Shown: positions 25,717-38,427 of the stretch, one piece after another | How positions within the stretch are numbered: position 1 is the first letter of the stretch | How the letters are laid out: each line of letters begins with the position of its first letter | DNA from: Thalia democratica | Lineage: Eukaryota | Assembly (NCBI GenBank): GCA_965202585.1 | Contig: OZ241827.1 | Coordinates: forward strand, 12,710,001 to 12,774,000 | Length of the DNA stretch: 64,000 bases | Direction of reading: 5' to 3' | The notes under the pieces: generated by a model | Database searches by the model: none | What the model was told of the DNA's origin: nothing | Seen by the model: only the letters and a program-made list of their open reading frames with translations | Position numbers and translations under genes: made by a program

Positions 25717-26671
25717 CAGGGTTGCCACTCGGTCAGGAAAAGTCAGGAAATCAGGAAAATTAAAAAAAAAAGACAAAAGTCAGTAAAAATTGGGGGTTTT
25801 GAAAAAAAGTCAGGAAAAGTCAGGAAATTTGATAAAATTAAAAAAAAGTCAGATTTTGTCAGTTTAAATTTACAAAATTCTTGTTTTCCAAAGTCTTCAA
25901 ATGCTAAAAATTAATTAAAAGTCCTTTAAAGTCAGAAAAAATTTCAAAATTTTTCTATAAATTTACAAAAATATCTAATTTTATTTCCAATGCCTTCACC
26001 TGGTATAAATTAGTAAAATATATTTTATAAAACTGCAAAAATGTTCTATTACCATATTGAACAAGTACCCTATATGAAGAAGCAGATTTTGTAAGCTTTT
26101 TAGTATTGAAGAACTGTAGCAAGGACACTTCCTTAGTGAAACTGTGATATATACACAAAAGTTTATCTAGCATGATTTTAGAATTAAAGTGTTTTTTGTT
26201 TAAATAATTGAGTTCTTTAAGCAGTTAGTTTAGTATTTTATGTAACAACTTAATATGTATACTTTACCTCTTTATAATTTTTTAAAAGTTGTTTAAATTT
26301 ATAAATTAAGTTATAAGAGAGGTATATGCCAAGATTAAGTTTACTTATTGTTTGTATTTTTTGTAGAGTAACTTAAGTTTTTAAACTAAATAAGAAGAGT
26401 ATATTTATTTGTTACAAATTTTATATTAAATGACAAGAGAAAATATTTTATACAACAGATATCTAGTTTACTTTTTTATGTCTTTTTTACAGTTACTTAA
26501 GTATATTCTTTTTTAATTGATTTTTAATTTAAGGATTTTATATTAAATAGGTTGGGTAGTATTTTATTAAACTAAGTGTACAATTTATATAAGTAAAACT
26601 GATTTAGAAAAGTCAGGAAAAAGTCAGAAAAAATCAGAAAATTTTTCTCAGCTTGATCAGTGGCAACCATG
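25717..26671. mobile_element. 955-bp non-autonomous TIR element with target-site duplication CCTATG
   Basis: TIRs CAGGGTTGCCAC / GTGGCAACCATG. CCTATG lies at 25711-25716 and 26672-26677. Many subterminal AGTCAGGAAA repeats. Paralogous empty sites with one CCTATG (CATAGG on the + strand) are at ~16942, ~20177, ~42753 and ~44169. Confidence 0.85.
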
Positions 26672-27599
26672 CCTATGATGCTTAATGTTTTCTTTTCAAT
26701 AATTTAGGCAAACTTTGATATTTTACTTAAATACTCAGTCCAGATTGATGATATTAAAATATTTTTTCCTGAAAAATGTATTTATTGTTTCTGATCTTCA
26801 TTTCTTTTGTTATCTTAAGTTAATTTTAGGTATTACTGATCAACTTTATGATGTTTAGATTCTGGCTTTTACAGTTTATTTTAAAATATAAGATGACCCA
26901 AGCTAGTTGAAATGATTTTATTGTTCACTCAGAAATATTTTTTGCTTTCAAAATAAGTTTTTCTGATAAATATTCTTAATAGTTTTCTTTCATTAACTCA
27001 AAGGTGCAATAAAAAATTTCAGCTTTTTTAATGCACTTCCTAAGGGCTTAAAATAATTTTATCAAAAAAACTTATATTACAATCATGATAAAAATAATTA
27101 ATACTTTATATTTTACTAACATCCTTGAGTTTTAGCTTGTAAAATGGTTCTTTGTTTATAACTATTTAAAGATTTAATCTCATAATAATAAGTAAGATTT
27201 TAATTTCCTGTGAAAGAAAGAAATAATTATAAAACTCAATAAGGTTTTTACTTTAAAGAAGAAAGAAAATGTTTACGACATTTTTAAAGTTCTTCAGTAG
27301 TACATTTCAGAAAAATATTTTTATAAAAATATTTTCAAACATTATTATTTTTAAGTATTCCTTTTGTTTTTGTTACTTGATTGACTAATTTAGGCTATTA
27401 AGCTCTTGCTACTATTTCAAAATAAGTTGTGATTCAAACAAAAGTAACCTTGATATAAATATAATTTTATTAGTTGAGATGGAAAATGTATTTATTGCTA
27501 ATCGAATTTATTTTTACTTGTTTTTCTTTTAATTACTACAAGTAGGGTCTTTTTTTCACGTTATTTAAACAACCAAGTCTAATTTTGTAATATTTGTTT

Positions 27600-27830
27600 T
27601 GAAAAGGGTTTATCCCTCCAACAAGATTACTCAAAAAAAAAGAATTAAAAACACCAAAAACTTTTTATTATTTTTTTTATTTCTTGTTCTTCATCTGCAA
27701 ATCCAAAACATCTGATGTAAGTTTCAAATTATGACCTCATGGCCCCCCTGTGGCTATTTAACTACTCTTGTACTCATAATATCTGCCATGGATCCTAAAA
27801 GGGCAATTTTGCCCACTTTGAGAGTCCCTG
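27600..27830. mobile_element. Inverted duplicated copy of the 15752 MITE
   Basis: Ends GCCCACTTTGAGAGTCCCTG, followed by ATTTAGAATAACG, the reverse complement of the 15752 left flank. Confidence 0.55.
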
Positions 27831-29446
27831 ATTTAGAATAACGTTGTCATAGCTACAGTATGATTATTAGATTTACAGTATGATATCAGCTTAAATTAAG
27901 TTTTTAATTTGTTTTTGTTTGTTTTTTAAAATTAAAAGACTAACTTTAGCTTTAAGTTTTAGCCCAAATTTTTATATTCTTATTAATCAAATGTTTAGAG
28001 TGTAAAATTCAACTTAGTCAGAATAAGGCAAAGGCATGTAATTGCTTTAAAAACAGGGTAACACACTCTCAGTATAATTAGGATGTTTAGTTAAGCTATA
28101 CTTAGGCTAGTTTAAACACTTAATTAGATTTCAGGCTTTTTTTGTAAAATACAGGCTAACTTAGATACTGTTCCTAAGACCAATTGTTCTTATTTTTACT
28201 CAAGTTTTTTTTATTAAGTCGTTGGTTACCGTTTTAAAAGTGCTTTTACTTTACTTGAATTATTCATTGTTTGATCTCTGAAGATGTAGAGCTTGCCAAA
28301 AATGACCATCTATGGAAGTCAACTCTTAAACCACCCAACCACAACCTGATGAGCCAATCAGAATGAGGGTTAGTGAGACGTGAAAAATACTGATGAAATT
28401 CCAAAAAAAAAAAAACCTAACAGTTATAATTTTTAATGAATAAATGAACACTCAAATTTTTTCTTTCCAATATATTTCGTCAAGTTCTCTTCAGGAATTT
28501 GTGTACAATTGAATCAATACAATAAATCACAACAAGTATATATACAAAAATTTTGCAAATTAATTAATTAAGTAAACGTAAATGTAATCAACAAAAACTT
28601 TAAAAATCAACACAAAATGTTCTTAACTAAATAAGTCTAAAGTGTAGTCAAATTTTTCTTTTTACATAAATTTGGTCAAATTAAATGTATTTAAATGGCT
28701 TCAAGTCTAATTAATTCCAATGTATTTGAACATTGTCGCATTACACTGAAATTAGATAATGAAAACTTTTTTCCACAACTTGGATTATTCACAAGGTGTT
28801 CTGCTATTGCAATTTTTTTTTATATAACAGTTATGTATACTTGTGCCATCGTAGTGTATTGTGAAGATTAAAGAAGGATCTGCTAAAGGTTTCTACAAAA
28901 GATTTATTTGATTGCATGTTTATTGTAGGTATTGTTTAAATATTTAGTTAATATTTAAACTGTATGATAGTTATTGCTTTAAATATTTGAGTTGGATAGT
29001 AATTTTTAATAGTTATTTAAGCCTTTTGTAGTTTATTGTTCACTAAATTTTTTTATATATGCCTTAATTAATTGTTTTTAGTCTTTTGTAATAGATTTAA
29101 ACATTTGCCGATTCCTTAATTGTTTTATAGCTTACTGCACTTAAACTTGGTTTGTTATTAAAATTTATTTAGTTCTAAGTTGTTTATAAAACAACTTATA
29201 TTCTAAATATGGAGATTTTGTATAGTGTTTTTTAGTTCTTTTAGATAATAGATACGTTATTTAAACTGTGTGTCAGATTTCTAAAAAGTAGACTAAAGTA
29301 GCATTTAGTATTTATATGATAAAAATTAAAAAAAAGTTGAATTAAATTATGATAAATATTATCAATATATTGAGTGTACGACAACCAATACCTTACACTT
29401 AATCTACATTAAATAACGTTTATGTTCTAGACTTTAAAATAATAAT

Positions 29447-31429
29447 ATGAGCAAAAATACTGTAAAACGAAATCGAGTTTTATCTACAACTGATGATAAG
29501 TTTTTTGCTAAAAGTAAAAAGCTTGGTTTTCACGATCTGTGTAAAGAAAATACCAGGCAACAAATTGATGTTGTGAATCTAGGTGGGTTTTTATTTTAAC
29601 TTGTAGTTGTTGAACTAAAATTAAAGCTTCAGAAATTAAAACACTATTTTTAAAATGAACATTTTAGAAACTAGCTATTAGTTTTAAGCAATAGAGTGAT
29701 AGACTTTAGTTACAATATTCATAATTTTTTTAAACCTTGCAGTTGTAATTGCCCTAATTCCTCTAATTTGTTGCAAACTAAGCACAAAAAAATTGATTTT
29801 TTCACCTTTATGTATAAGCCAAAATAACCAACTTGTTTTCGATATAAATATTCATCTTTGCTTAAGGTTAAGCTCACACTGAAATATTGTTTTTTTTTCT
29901 TATATTTAAAATAAGTATATAATATATTGCTAAAGTAATTAATAAAAAAAGAAATAAAACTTAAAGTTACATGATCTTATTTATTTGTCAAAATTTAAAC
30001 AGAAAAAAAGAAATCTAGCGAAGAAAACAGAATAAAACTTTTAAAAGTTAGTAAAGTTTTGCTGGATGAAAAAACAGCAAATCAAACAAGTAAATGGATA
30101 GAAGATAATGTTACTGTAACTAACTGTATACCATATCTTTTCTTCTCTCAACTATTTAGACTCCAAGATATTTCCAAAACGTCTTTACGCGTTATTGAAC
30201 GTTGGTTTACAACTATTGCTGATTCAGATGACTTTCTAGAGTTAGACTTTAAGTCTGTAGCAGCAATATTAAACAGTTCTGAGTTACTGATTGATTCAGA
30301 ACTGCAAGTATTCCATGCAATGAATGCATGGCTGAATCATAAAAGTATTGAGCGAAGTAAACATTCAAAATATCTCCTGCAAAGAGTTCGATTTTTATTG
30401 CTAACAGTTCCTGCTTTGAATGATACGGTAGACAAGAATATGTGGATAGTCAAGGACTTAGAGTGCTTCGATATTATAAAGAAAGCTATCAGGAACAAAA
30501 AAGAGTTTAAATCTAGCAAGGCTTCGTCTAACAATAGGCACTGTGGTCAAGATAGTTTTAACTTTGTTGTTGTCGGTGGTCAAACAAATTTTAAAGTTCT
30601 CAAAGATTGCTTAACTGTCGACGCTAACAATCTTTCCAAAGTAAGCAACTTGTCAGAAATCAATCATGCGCGAATAAATCACCATGTTTTTTGCATCAAG
30701 GGTGAAATTTACGTGCTGGGTGGCAACTACGATTACTATGACAAGGACAAAGACAGATGGGACACGGTGACACCCGTTGAAAGATACTCACCTGCCACTG
30801 ACACTTGGAGCGTTGTGAGTAAAATGTATGACGATCGTGATAAATTTTGTGCGTGTTCGTTTATTGATAAAATATATTACATCGGAGGAAGCTACTGTTC
30901 TAGAAACACTACTAGAAACTGTCTCGAGTTCAACACGGCGAACTCAACGTGGAGGGAAGTTGCCAGAATGAATTCGGCGAGGGATAGCGCGTCGTGCACC
31001 GTGTTCGAAGGAAGAGTCTTCGTCACTGGTGGTAGCAACAACAACGACGGAAGATTAAACAGCGTCGAGGCGTACGATCACATTGCTGATACATGGACAA
31101 ACATGCCCAACATGATCGAAAGAAGGGTGTTCCACAAAACGGTCGCCCACAAGAACAAATTGTTTGTGTTTGGCGGTTTGTTTTTAAATAGTCCTGAAGT
31201 TTTCGATTCTTGTTGCAGCAAATTCGTTTTGTTTCGCAAGCCTGTAGCTTTTTTGTCGTTTTTTAACACTTATGAAGTCACATCAGTTGGAAGCAAGATT
31301 CTCTTTTTCTGTTACGGAGACGCATCTGTTTATCTTTATGACGTAGAAAATAGCGTGTGGTCGGAAAACGTTTGCGGGGCAACCCAACATGTTTACCAAT
31401 TTTCTTGTGCTAAATTACCAAAACCATAG
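29447..31429 (+). CDS. Kelch-like protein B (inverted paralog), 2 exons: join(29447-29582,30003-31429), 520 aa
   Basis: Same architecture as copy A. Exon 1 (MSKNTVKRNR...IDVVNL) is open, with an in-frame stop upstream of the ATG. Donor GTGGGT and acceptor TTAAACAG are conserved. Confidence 0.85.
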
Positions 31430-34400
31430 CAAAAATAATGGAATAACCGGTCATCAATAGTTAACAATTAATGTAGTTTTGTTACTACCGTATAGTTTTT
31501 GAAAGCAATCGTTTTTTATTGTTAACGTTATAAATAACCTAAACTTCTCGTTAGTAAATTCTAAAACCTTAAACTTTTTACTTTTTTTCTATAATAAACT
31601 ATAGTAATGTTTTTAAAACTAAAATATTTATTGTTTTTTATAGCATTAATTTTTTTTATAGCATCTTTTCATTGATGTCGGATTTATAATATAAAGGTGA
31701 TGATAAAGACAACGGTTGTACTATTCAATTTTTTAATAAATATGTTAAACAAACGGCAGACCGAAAAAAGCAAAATAAGTAGCTGCAAAGTTATTTTCCT
31801 TTAGTCAAACCCTCAAACCACTGAATTTAAACATTAAACTAAAAAAAGAACTATTTCACTGTCTCTGGGTTTTTTTAAAACAATTTTGTTTATAAAAAAA
31901 ATAAAATTTATGTACAGTTAGCACATTTAAACATAATTTATTGCTCTATTTATAAAATTGAACTTTTATTTTTTTCCAATAATTAAAGGACAAAAATACT
32001 GAACACCAAAAAAAAAGTAATATCTACTTTAGTAAAGTTAAACTATTAAAAAAAAAATTGTAACATTATATTTTTGTAAATGACGGCATACCTGATATTA
32101 ATAACAAAGTCTCGAATTTAAGTAAGATTAAAATTTAAAAATGTTACAATTTAAGTTATTTTCTGATAAACTTGAATAATTAGACCTACACAAGTCTTGT
32201 AAGCTTTGGAGCAGATACAGATAAAAGTTTGAAAAATGTTACAATACTATAAAACTGCTAATTTTATTTTTCATATTATTTTTTACAAACGATTTGTTGT
32301 AAGTAAGTTGTAGTTATTTAGTTTTCCTAAATACATTATAAAAAAATAACTCAAGGTTTTTTAAAATATATTCGTAAACTTCCGTGCCCTTAATCGAAAA
32401 TAATACGCGTCGCAACAGATATTATAATACACCAAGAAATAAATTTATTACTTAATCTTTTTAATACCACCTTTCAAATCAGTTTTTAAAAGTTCAAAAT
32501 TAAATTTATAAATTTTGTTTTTAGAATTAAACAACAAAACAAAGGTGCGAAAATTAAACTTAAAATTTATGTTAACCAAACATATCATTATAATAAATAC
32601 ATAATTTCTGTTTATCAAATACTCATGCTGTTTTAAGTTACATGTAAGGTTTTTTTGGAGCATAAAGCTATTAATTTTTTTAGCTACATATTAGAGTCAT
32701 TATAGTCATTATCAACCATACTTTTCAAAACTTTTGAAAAAAAAGAGATTTTTTTAAATTATAAATTATAAAGCTATAAACGCGCTCTATTTTCTTCCAT
32801 AAGTTTATAGTGTGAAATCTCTTACCACTATTATTTGAGAGCTAAATTTAAAATTGTTCTAAAAATATTAATTCTTATACAAAGGTTTAGCTTCTTATGG
32901 AAACATGTCCAGGGGCGTGACTAGATTATTTTCAGTGGGATTGTAGAAATTTTGCTTTACGATATACTACAGTAACCTGCCACCTAAGTACGCACTCTTT
33001 AGCCGAAAAACACTGTGTTTAGTTTTTGTGTACATAAAAATTAAGAATCAAACGTGTAAAATAGTAATTCAAAAGTATTATATTTTAATTAATAGTTAAT
33101 AAGTAGATTAATTGCACTTTAGTAAATCTAAATAAGTTTAAAGTAAAGAAACCATAAATAAAGTTACTAAGTTACAAATTGTAGATCAAACCCAATATTT
33201 GAAACTTTTTTTAAAGGAATTTTACTTATTAAAGGAATGGAAAACATTAAAATTCAATATGGAAAGAAAATTTACTCATTGAAAATGTTATAATGCTTTT
33301 CACAGTTTTTTGAAGGTTTTGCGGTACACTAAACTTAATTGAAAGTGCATAGAGTTTTAAGGTTGTAAGAAACCAAAGTTAAAGTGTTTTATATTTATTT
33401 CTATCTATATATATCAACAGTAAAGCTAAATTTAGCTTTGGTGTTGCATTTCTTTTTATTTAATGACCATTTTAGTACTATTAGTACTATTAAAACTTTC
33501 AAAGCTTATGTGAATAGATTTGTGTGAAGAAAATCTTTCAGTCATCCAGCTACAATCATGAAGTGGAATTTTAAAGTGTTTAAAAAATTCATGGATAGTC
33601 TTAGTTTTCAGTTTTTAATTCTGATAATTAAATTTCATCAAATGATTTATTTGCTAAGATTTTAGTTATTTTTTGATGATTATTACAATTAATATTTTCA
33701 ATAAAAAAACATCTTAACTGAACATTTTTATATAAAATTTTATGTAATAAATAAAGAATTAAAAAGCTTAGTTTTATATATTTCTAAGTATTATATTTCG
33801 AATTTAAAACATTATGATTCAAATTGAAACTAATTATTTGGAAATCAAAACAAAAAGTGTTATTACCCATATTTAATTTTTCTTTAATCAGGAAATCTTA
33901 AAACCTAAACAATCATTACAGATCGTTTTTGAACAATTATTTTTGTAAAAAAAGATTGTCAACTTCTTTGAAAAAAGTCTAGACACGCCCCTGGAAGAAG
34001 CACTCATAATTAATTATTTTTGGGTTTCACAATACTTTTGCGGTACACCAATTATTAAGAACTTTACTTATTAAAGGAATGGAAAACATTAAAATTCAAT
34101 ATGGAAAGAAAATTTACTCATTGAAAATGTTATAATGCTTTTCACAGTTTTTTGAAGGTTTTGCGGTACACTAAACTTAATTGAAGGTGCATAGAGTTTT
34201 AAGGTTGTAAAAAAACAAAGTTAAAGTTTTTTATATTTATTTCTATCTATATACATCAACAGTAAAGATAAATTTAGTTCTGGTGTTGCATTTCATTTTG
34301 TTTGTTGACCATTTTACTACTATTATTACTATTAAAACTTTTAAAGCTTATGTGAACAGATTTGTATGAATAAAATCTTTCAGTCATCCAGCTACAACCA

Positions 34401-35279
34401 TGAAGTGGAATTTTAAAGTGATTGAAAAAAAAACATGGATAGTGTTAATTTTCAGTTTTTACTTCTGATAGTTTAAATTAATCATATGATTTATTTGCTA
34501 AGATTTAAATTATTTTTTTAATGACAATCACAATTAATATTTCCAATAAAAAAACATCTTAACTGTGCCGTTTTAATTAAAACTATATGTAATATGTAAA
34601 GAATTAAAAAGCTTATTTTTATTTATTTCTCAGTAAAATATTTCGAATTTAAAACATTATGCTTAAAATTGAAACTAATTATTTGGAAATAAAAACAAAA
34701 AGTATTACTACACATGTTTAGTGTTATGTAAAAGAAATAATATTTAATATCATGTTGTCTAGAAAAATTAAGATAAAGTATAAAATAAATGAAAGTATTA
34801 TTTGAAATTTCTTGAAACTTAGATGCATTACTATATTTTCAAGAAAAACTTAAATCATCTTTATCATTATAAGTGTGTAGTAATATTTTTCGTTCTGATT
34901 TCAAAAAAGTTAGTTCCAATTTGAAGCATAATGTTTCAATAGTGAAAATAATACTATGAAATTTTTATTGGTATAAATTGCTGAAATTACACCTTAAACA
35001 CTCTTTTAGAAAGCTTACTAGCTTATTTTATAAATGTAAATATTCTAAGCAGAAAAGATCCGATCCCATACATCATTAGTTCTAATCTATAACTTCCTAG
35101 TTTAGATATAAGCAACTAATGTTCAAGATCGGGACTAGGCCGAAATAAATTTATTTTGAAAGAGTCTGAGTCAATAATTTTTGTACAAAAAAAATTATCT
35201 TGAAAACAACCTAGCAAAAATTGTAATAAAAAGTCATCTGAAATTACTTAAAACTAAAAATAAAAATGTTATAAAAAAC

Positions 35280-36550
35280 ACGAGGAACTTAACAAGAAGC
35301 TATTTAGAAGCAAAGTATAGAAAAAATTTCTTTGCTTACATCATCGAAAGAAAAGAGCCCTTGGTCAGCTAAAGTATTTTTAAAAAACTTTAATTAAAAA
35401 TATCTTATATGTATGAAAATGTTTAATACACTAAGAAAATTTTTGTCTCCCTGTAACTTGAAATAGTACTTGCTACTGCTGGTTGATTAGCGTCAACTTT
35501 TTGTACAAATATTGAATAGAATAGTTATTATTTCTTATGATACATGTTCAAAATTATAGCCAAATCTAGCTTTAATTCCTAGAAGAGTTCTTTGTTGTGT
35601 TAAAAAATGTAAAAGTCTTTAAATATTCAAATATTTAAATTCTATGACGGTAGAGTAATTTAAACAAAAAAAAAGTGTAAGTTTTTCTATTTAAAGCATA
35701 GAAAAAGTATTATATTGAAAAATAAGTTTATATAAGTATACCTATATGCACGCTCAGTCTAACCAAAATCAAAAGTTTTTGTGCTTTTTTGATTTTTAAA
35801 CCGAATGATTAGCTATTTACTACTTGCTTCCAAAAAATAACAACTGACCCTAATGCTAAAAGCCTGGTTACACGTTACACCGTCGACTGTAAACTTCTTT
35901 TTCTGCTACAAAAACATTACCTCTGAGAAAATTTAGCAAAGTCTACAATTAAAACCTCGGACGGCTCCATAGAAAATATTATCAAATGAAAAAAATTACA
36001 AAGTTGTATGAAATCTAAGTGGCCAAAAATTACTCATTAATAAATTGACAACGACATTGAACCTATTGTTAGTACGAAGCAAAATGAGCGATTACTAAGT
36101 AGGCCTGGTTTGCTACAAGTAATAATTGAAGACTAAAACTTTGTAATCATCTGATAACCCAAAGGTTTTATTTCGTAAACCAGGCCCATAAACCAAACTT
36201 TTGGAGCATTTTTTTATCGTTGAATAAACAATAGTTGTGAGGTTTACAAAATTTTACTGCTACTTGCACTTAAATTTGACGTGGCTAGTTTGGGTATAGT
36301 GTTAGTGTTATTAGTAGGAAAGAATGAGTAGTCAGTTGCTTGGAACTTATAGAACATTTTAAAAGTAACTTCCGTTTACATTTTAGGCATGCTTTTAAAA
36401 TTTTAAACATAAAATACACATATTTTATACAACTTAAGAGTTTTAAGACACTAAGGTCTAAAGAAGGGTTTGACAACTACAGCCCTCAAAGCTCGAAATG
36501 TACCTTTTCGAAGAAAGTAATAACAATATTTTTTCTGTTAAAAGCTTCAA
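35280..36550. repeat. Dispersed repeat, direct copy at ~49855-51150, partial third copy ~48920-49630
   Basis: Shared marker TCTCCCTGTAACTT(G/A)AAA(T/C)AGTACTTGCTACTGCTG near 35447, 48925 and 50026, with colinear flanks. Confidence 0.8.
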
Positions 36551-38427
36551 TATAAAAGTAGTTTAAATTTTCGTTTAAAATAATGGAGCCATAATCTATG
36601 GATAAGTTTTACATGTAAATTACAATAAAATAACTAGTATATTAACTTATCCACGACTTGGCTATTTTGTGCAATATTAAGCTAAATATAAAGTTGACAT
36701 TTTCAAGTTATCTAGTAAATGCTAATGACACTTTCATTTTACAATAGTTCTTTTGAAAACAATTTAAGTTTTGTGTGTTTCTTGTTAGAAAAAACATTTC
36801 GACAGACTTACAACACGCCGCTAAGCGAATTTATTATTGATTCTATGTCAATAAAATCCAATGTTTATTGCTAACTACGCAAAATGCAAATAAAAAAGCT
36901 TTATACTTCAAAAGATTAGCTTACTATTTGCACAGTTGCTACTGTATAAAGTGGAATTGTTTCTTTTTCGGGCTAATAAACTTTATTTACTTAAAATTTT
37001 TCACACACTTGATTTGTACTAATTATTTATTTATGTTCATTTGAAACGAACACCGCACGCTAAGAGGTAAACCGCAAAGCAAGCATTTTTTAATTTGCGA
37101 CGCCCTTTGAAGCTAAAAGATTTACCATTGCAGTAAAATAAAGTTGAAGCCTTCAAATATGCTTTTAAGCTTGTGAGTTTACTATTTTTGTCTTGGACAA
37201 GACGTTACAAGGTATCCGTTATATACGAATGGACAACTGAAAGGTTATTTGTTTAACAGGTGCTAAGACCAAATAATTTGAGCGTTTTTTTGTCGTACAA
37301 TAAATTATATTTATGTTTATCTATTTTTATCCTTTAATATTTATACTTAAGCCTAATCCCTATTTAATTACACTTTTGGTGTTGCATATATCTGTTTATC
37401 AATAACACTTTTCAAAATACTGTGGCCTGTGAAAAACTTTCTTAGAAAAAACGTTCAAAAGTTTCTTGAAGTCTTTACTTTTTTGTTTACTTATTTTACA
37501 AATTCTACCTTAATGTTAAACAAAACAGTTTTTTAAAGCTAATATTTTTAATCCAGTTTTAACTAAGATATTTATTAGTAGTAGTTTTATACTATTGTAA
37601 CATTTTTTAAACTTTTATCTGTATCTGCTCCAAAGCTTACAAGACACTCCTGGTGTTTTTCTAATAACTTAAGTTTATCAGAAAATAACTAAACTTGTAA
37701 CATTTTTAAATTTGAATATCACATTAATTCGAGACTTCGTATTAATATTAGATTTGCCGTCATTTACAAAAATATGCTGTTACAAAAATTTTTTTTAGTA
37801 GTTTAACTTTACTATAGTAGTTGTTATTGTTTATTTTTGGTGTTCAGTTCTTTTTATCCTTTAATTTTTAGTAAAAAGTAAAAGTTCAATCTTATTAATA
37901 GAGCAATAAATTATATTTAAATGTGCTATTATACATAATTTTTGTGGTTTTTACGAACAAAATTGTTTAAAAAAAACCCAGAGACAGTGAAACAGTTCTT
38001 TTTTTAATTTAATGTTTCAATTCAGTGGTTTGAGGGTTTGACTAAAGGAAAATAACTTTGCAGCTACTTATTTTGCTTTTTTCGGTCTGCCGTTTGTTTA
38101 ACAAAATTATTAAAAATTAAATAATACAACCGTTGTCTTTATCATAAACCTTTATATTATAAATCCGACATCAATGAAAAAATTTTGGTTTTGAAAGTTA
38201 TGTATAAACAAAAAAAATTTAAACTATAAAAAACGATAAATATGTTAGTTTTAAAAACACTACTATGGTTTATTATAAAAACAAAGAAAAAAGTTTTAGG
38301 TTTAAGAATTTACTAATTTTTATTTATAACGTTAACATTAAAAAACGATTGCTTTCAAAAACTATACGGTAGTAACAAAACTACATTAATTGTTAACTAT
38401 TGATGACCGGTTATTCCATTATTTTCG

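Larger units (their letters stand above)
24900..32330. repeat. Inverted segmental duplication containing Kelch B
   Basis: Reverse-complement match to ~12030-17700. Its far end (~32010-32330) matches ~37580-37850. It is interrupted by the 25717-26671 insertion. Confidence 0.85.
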
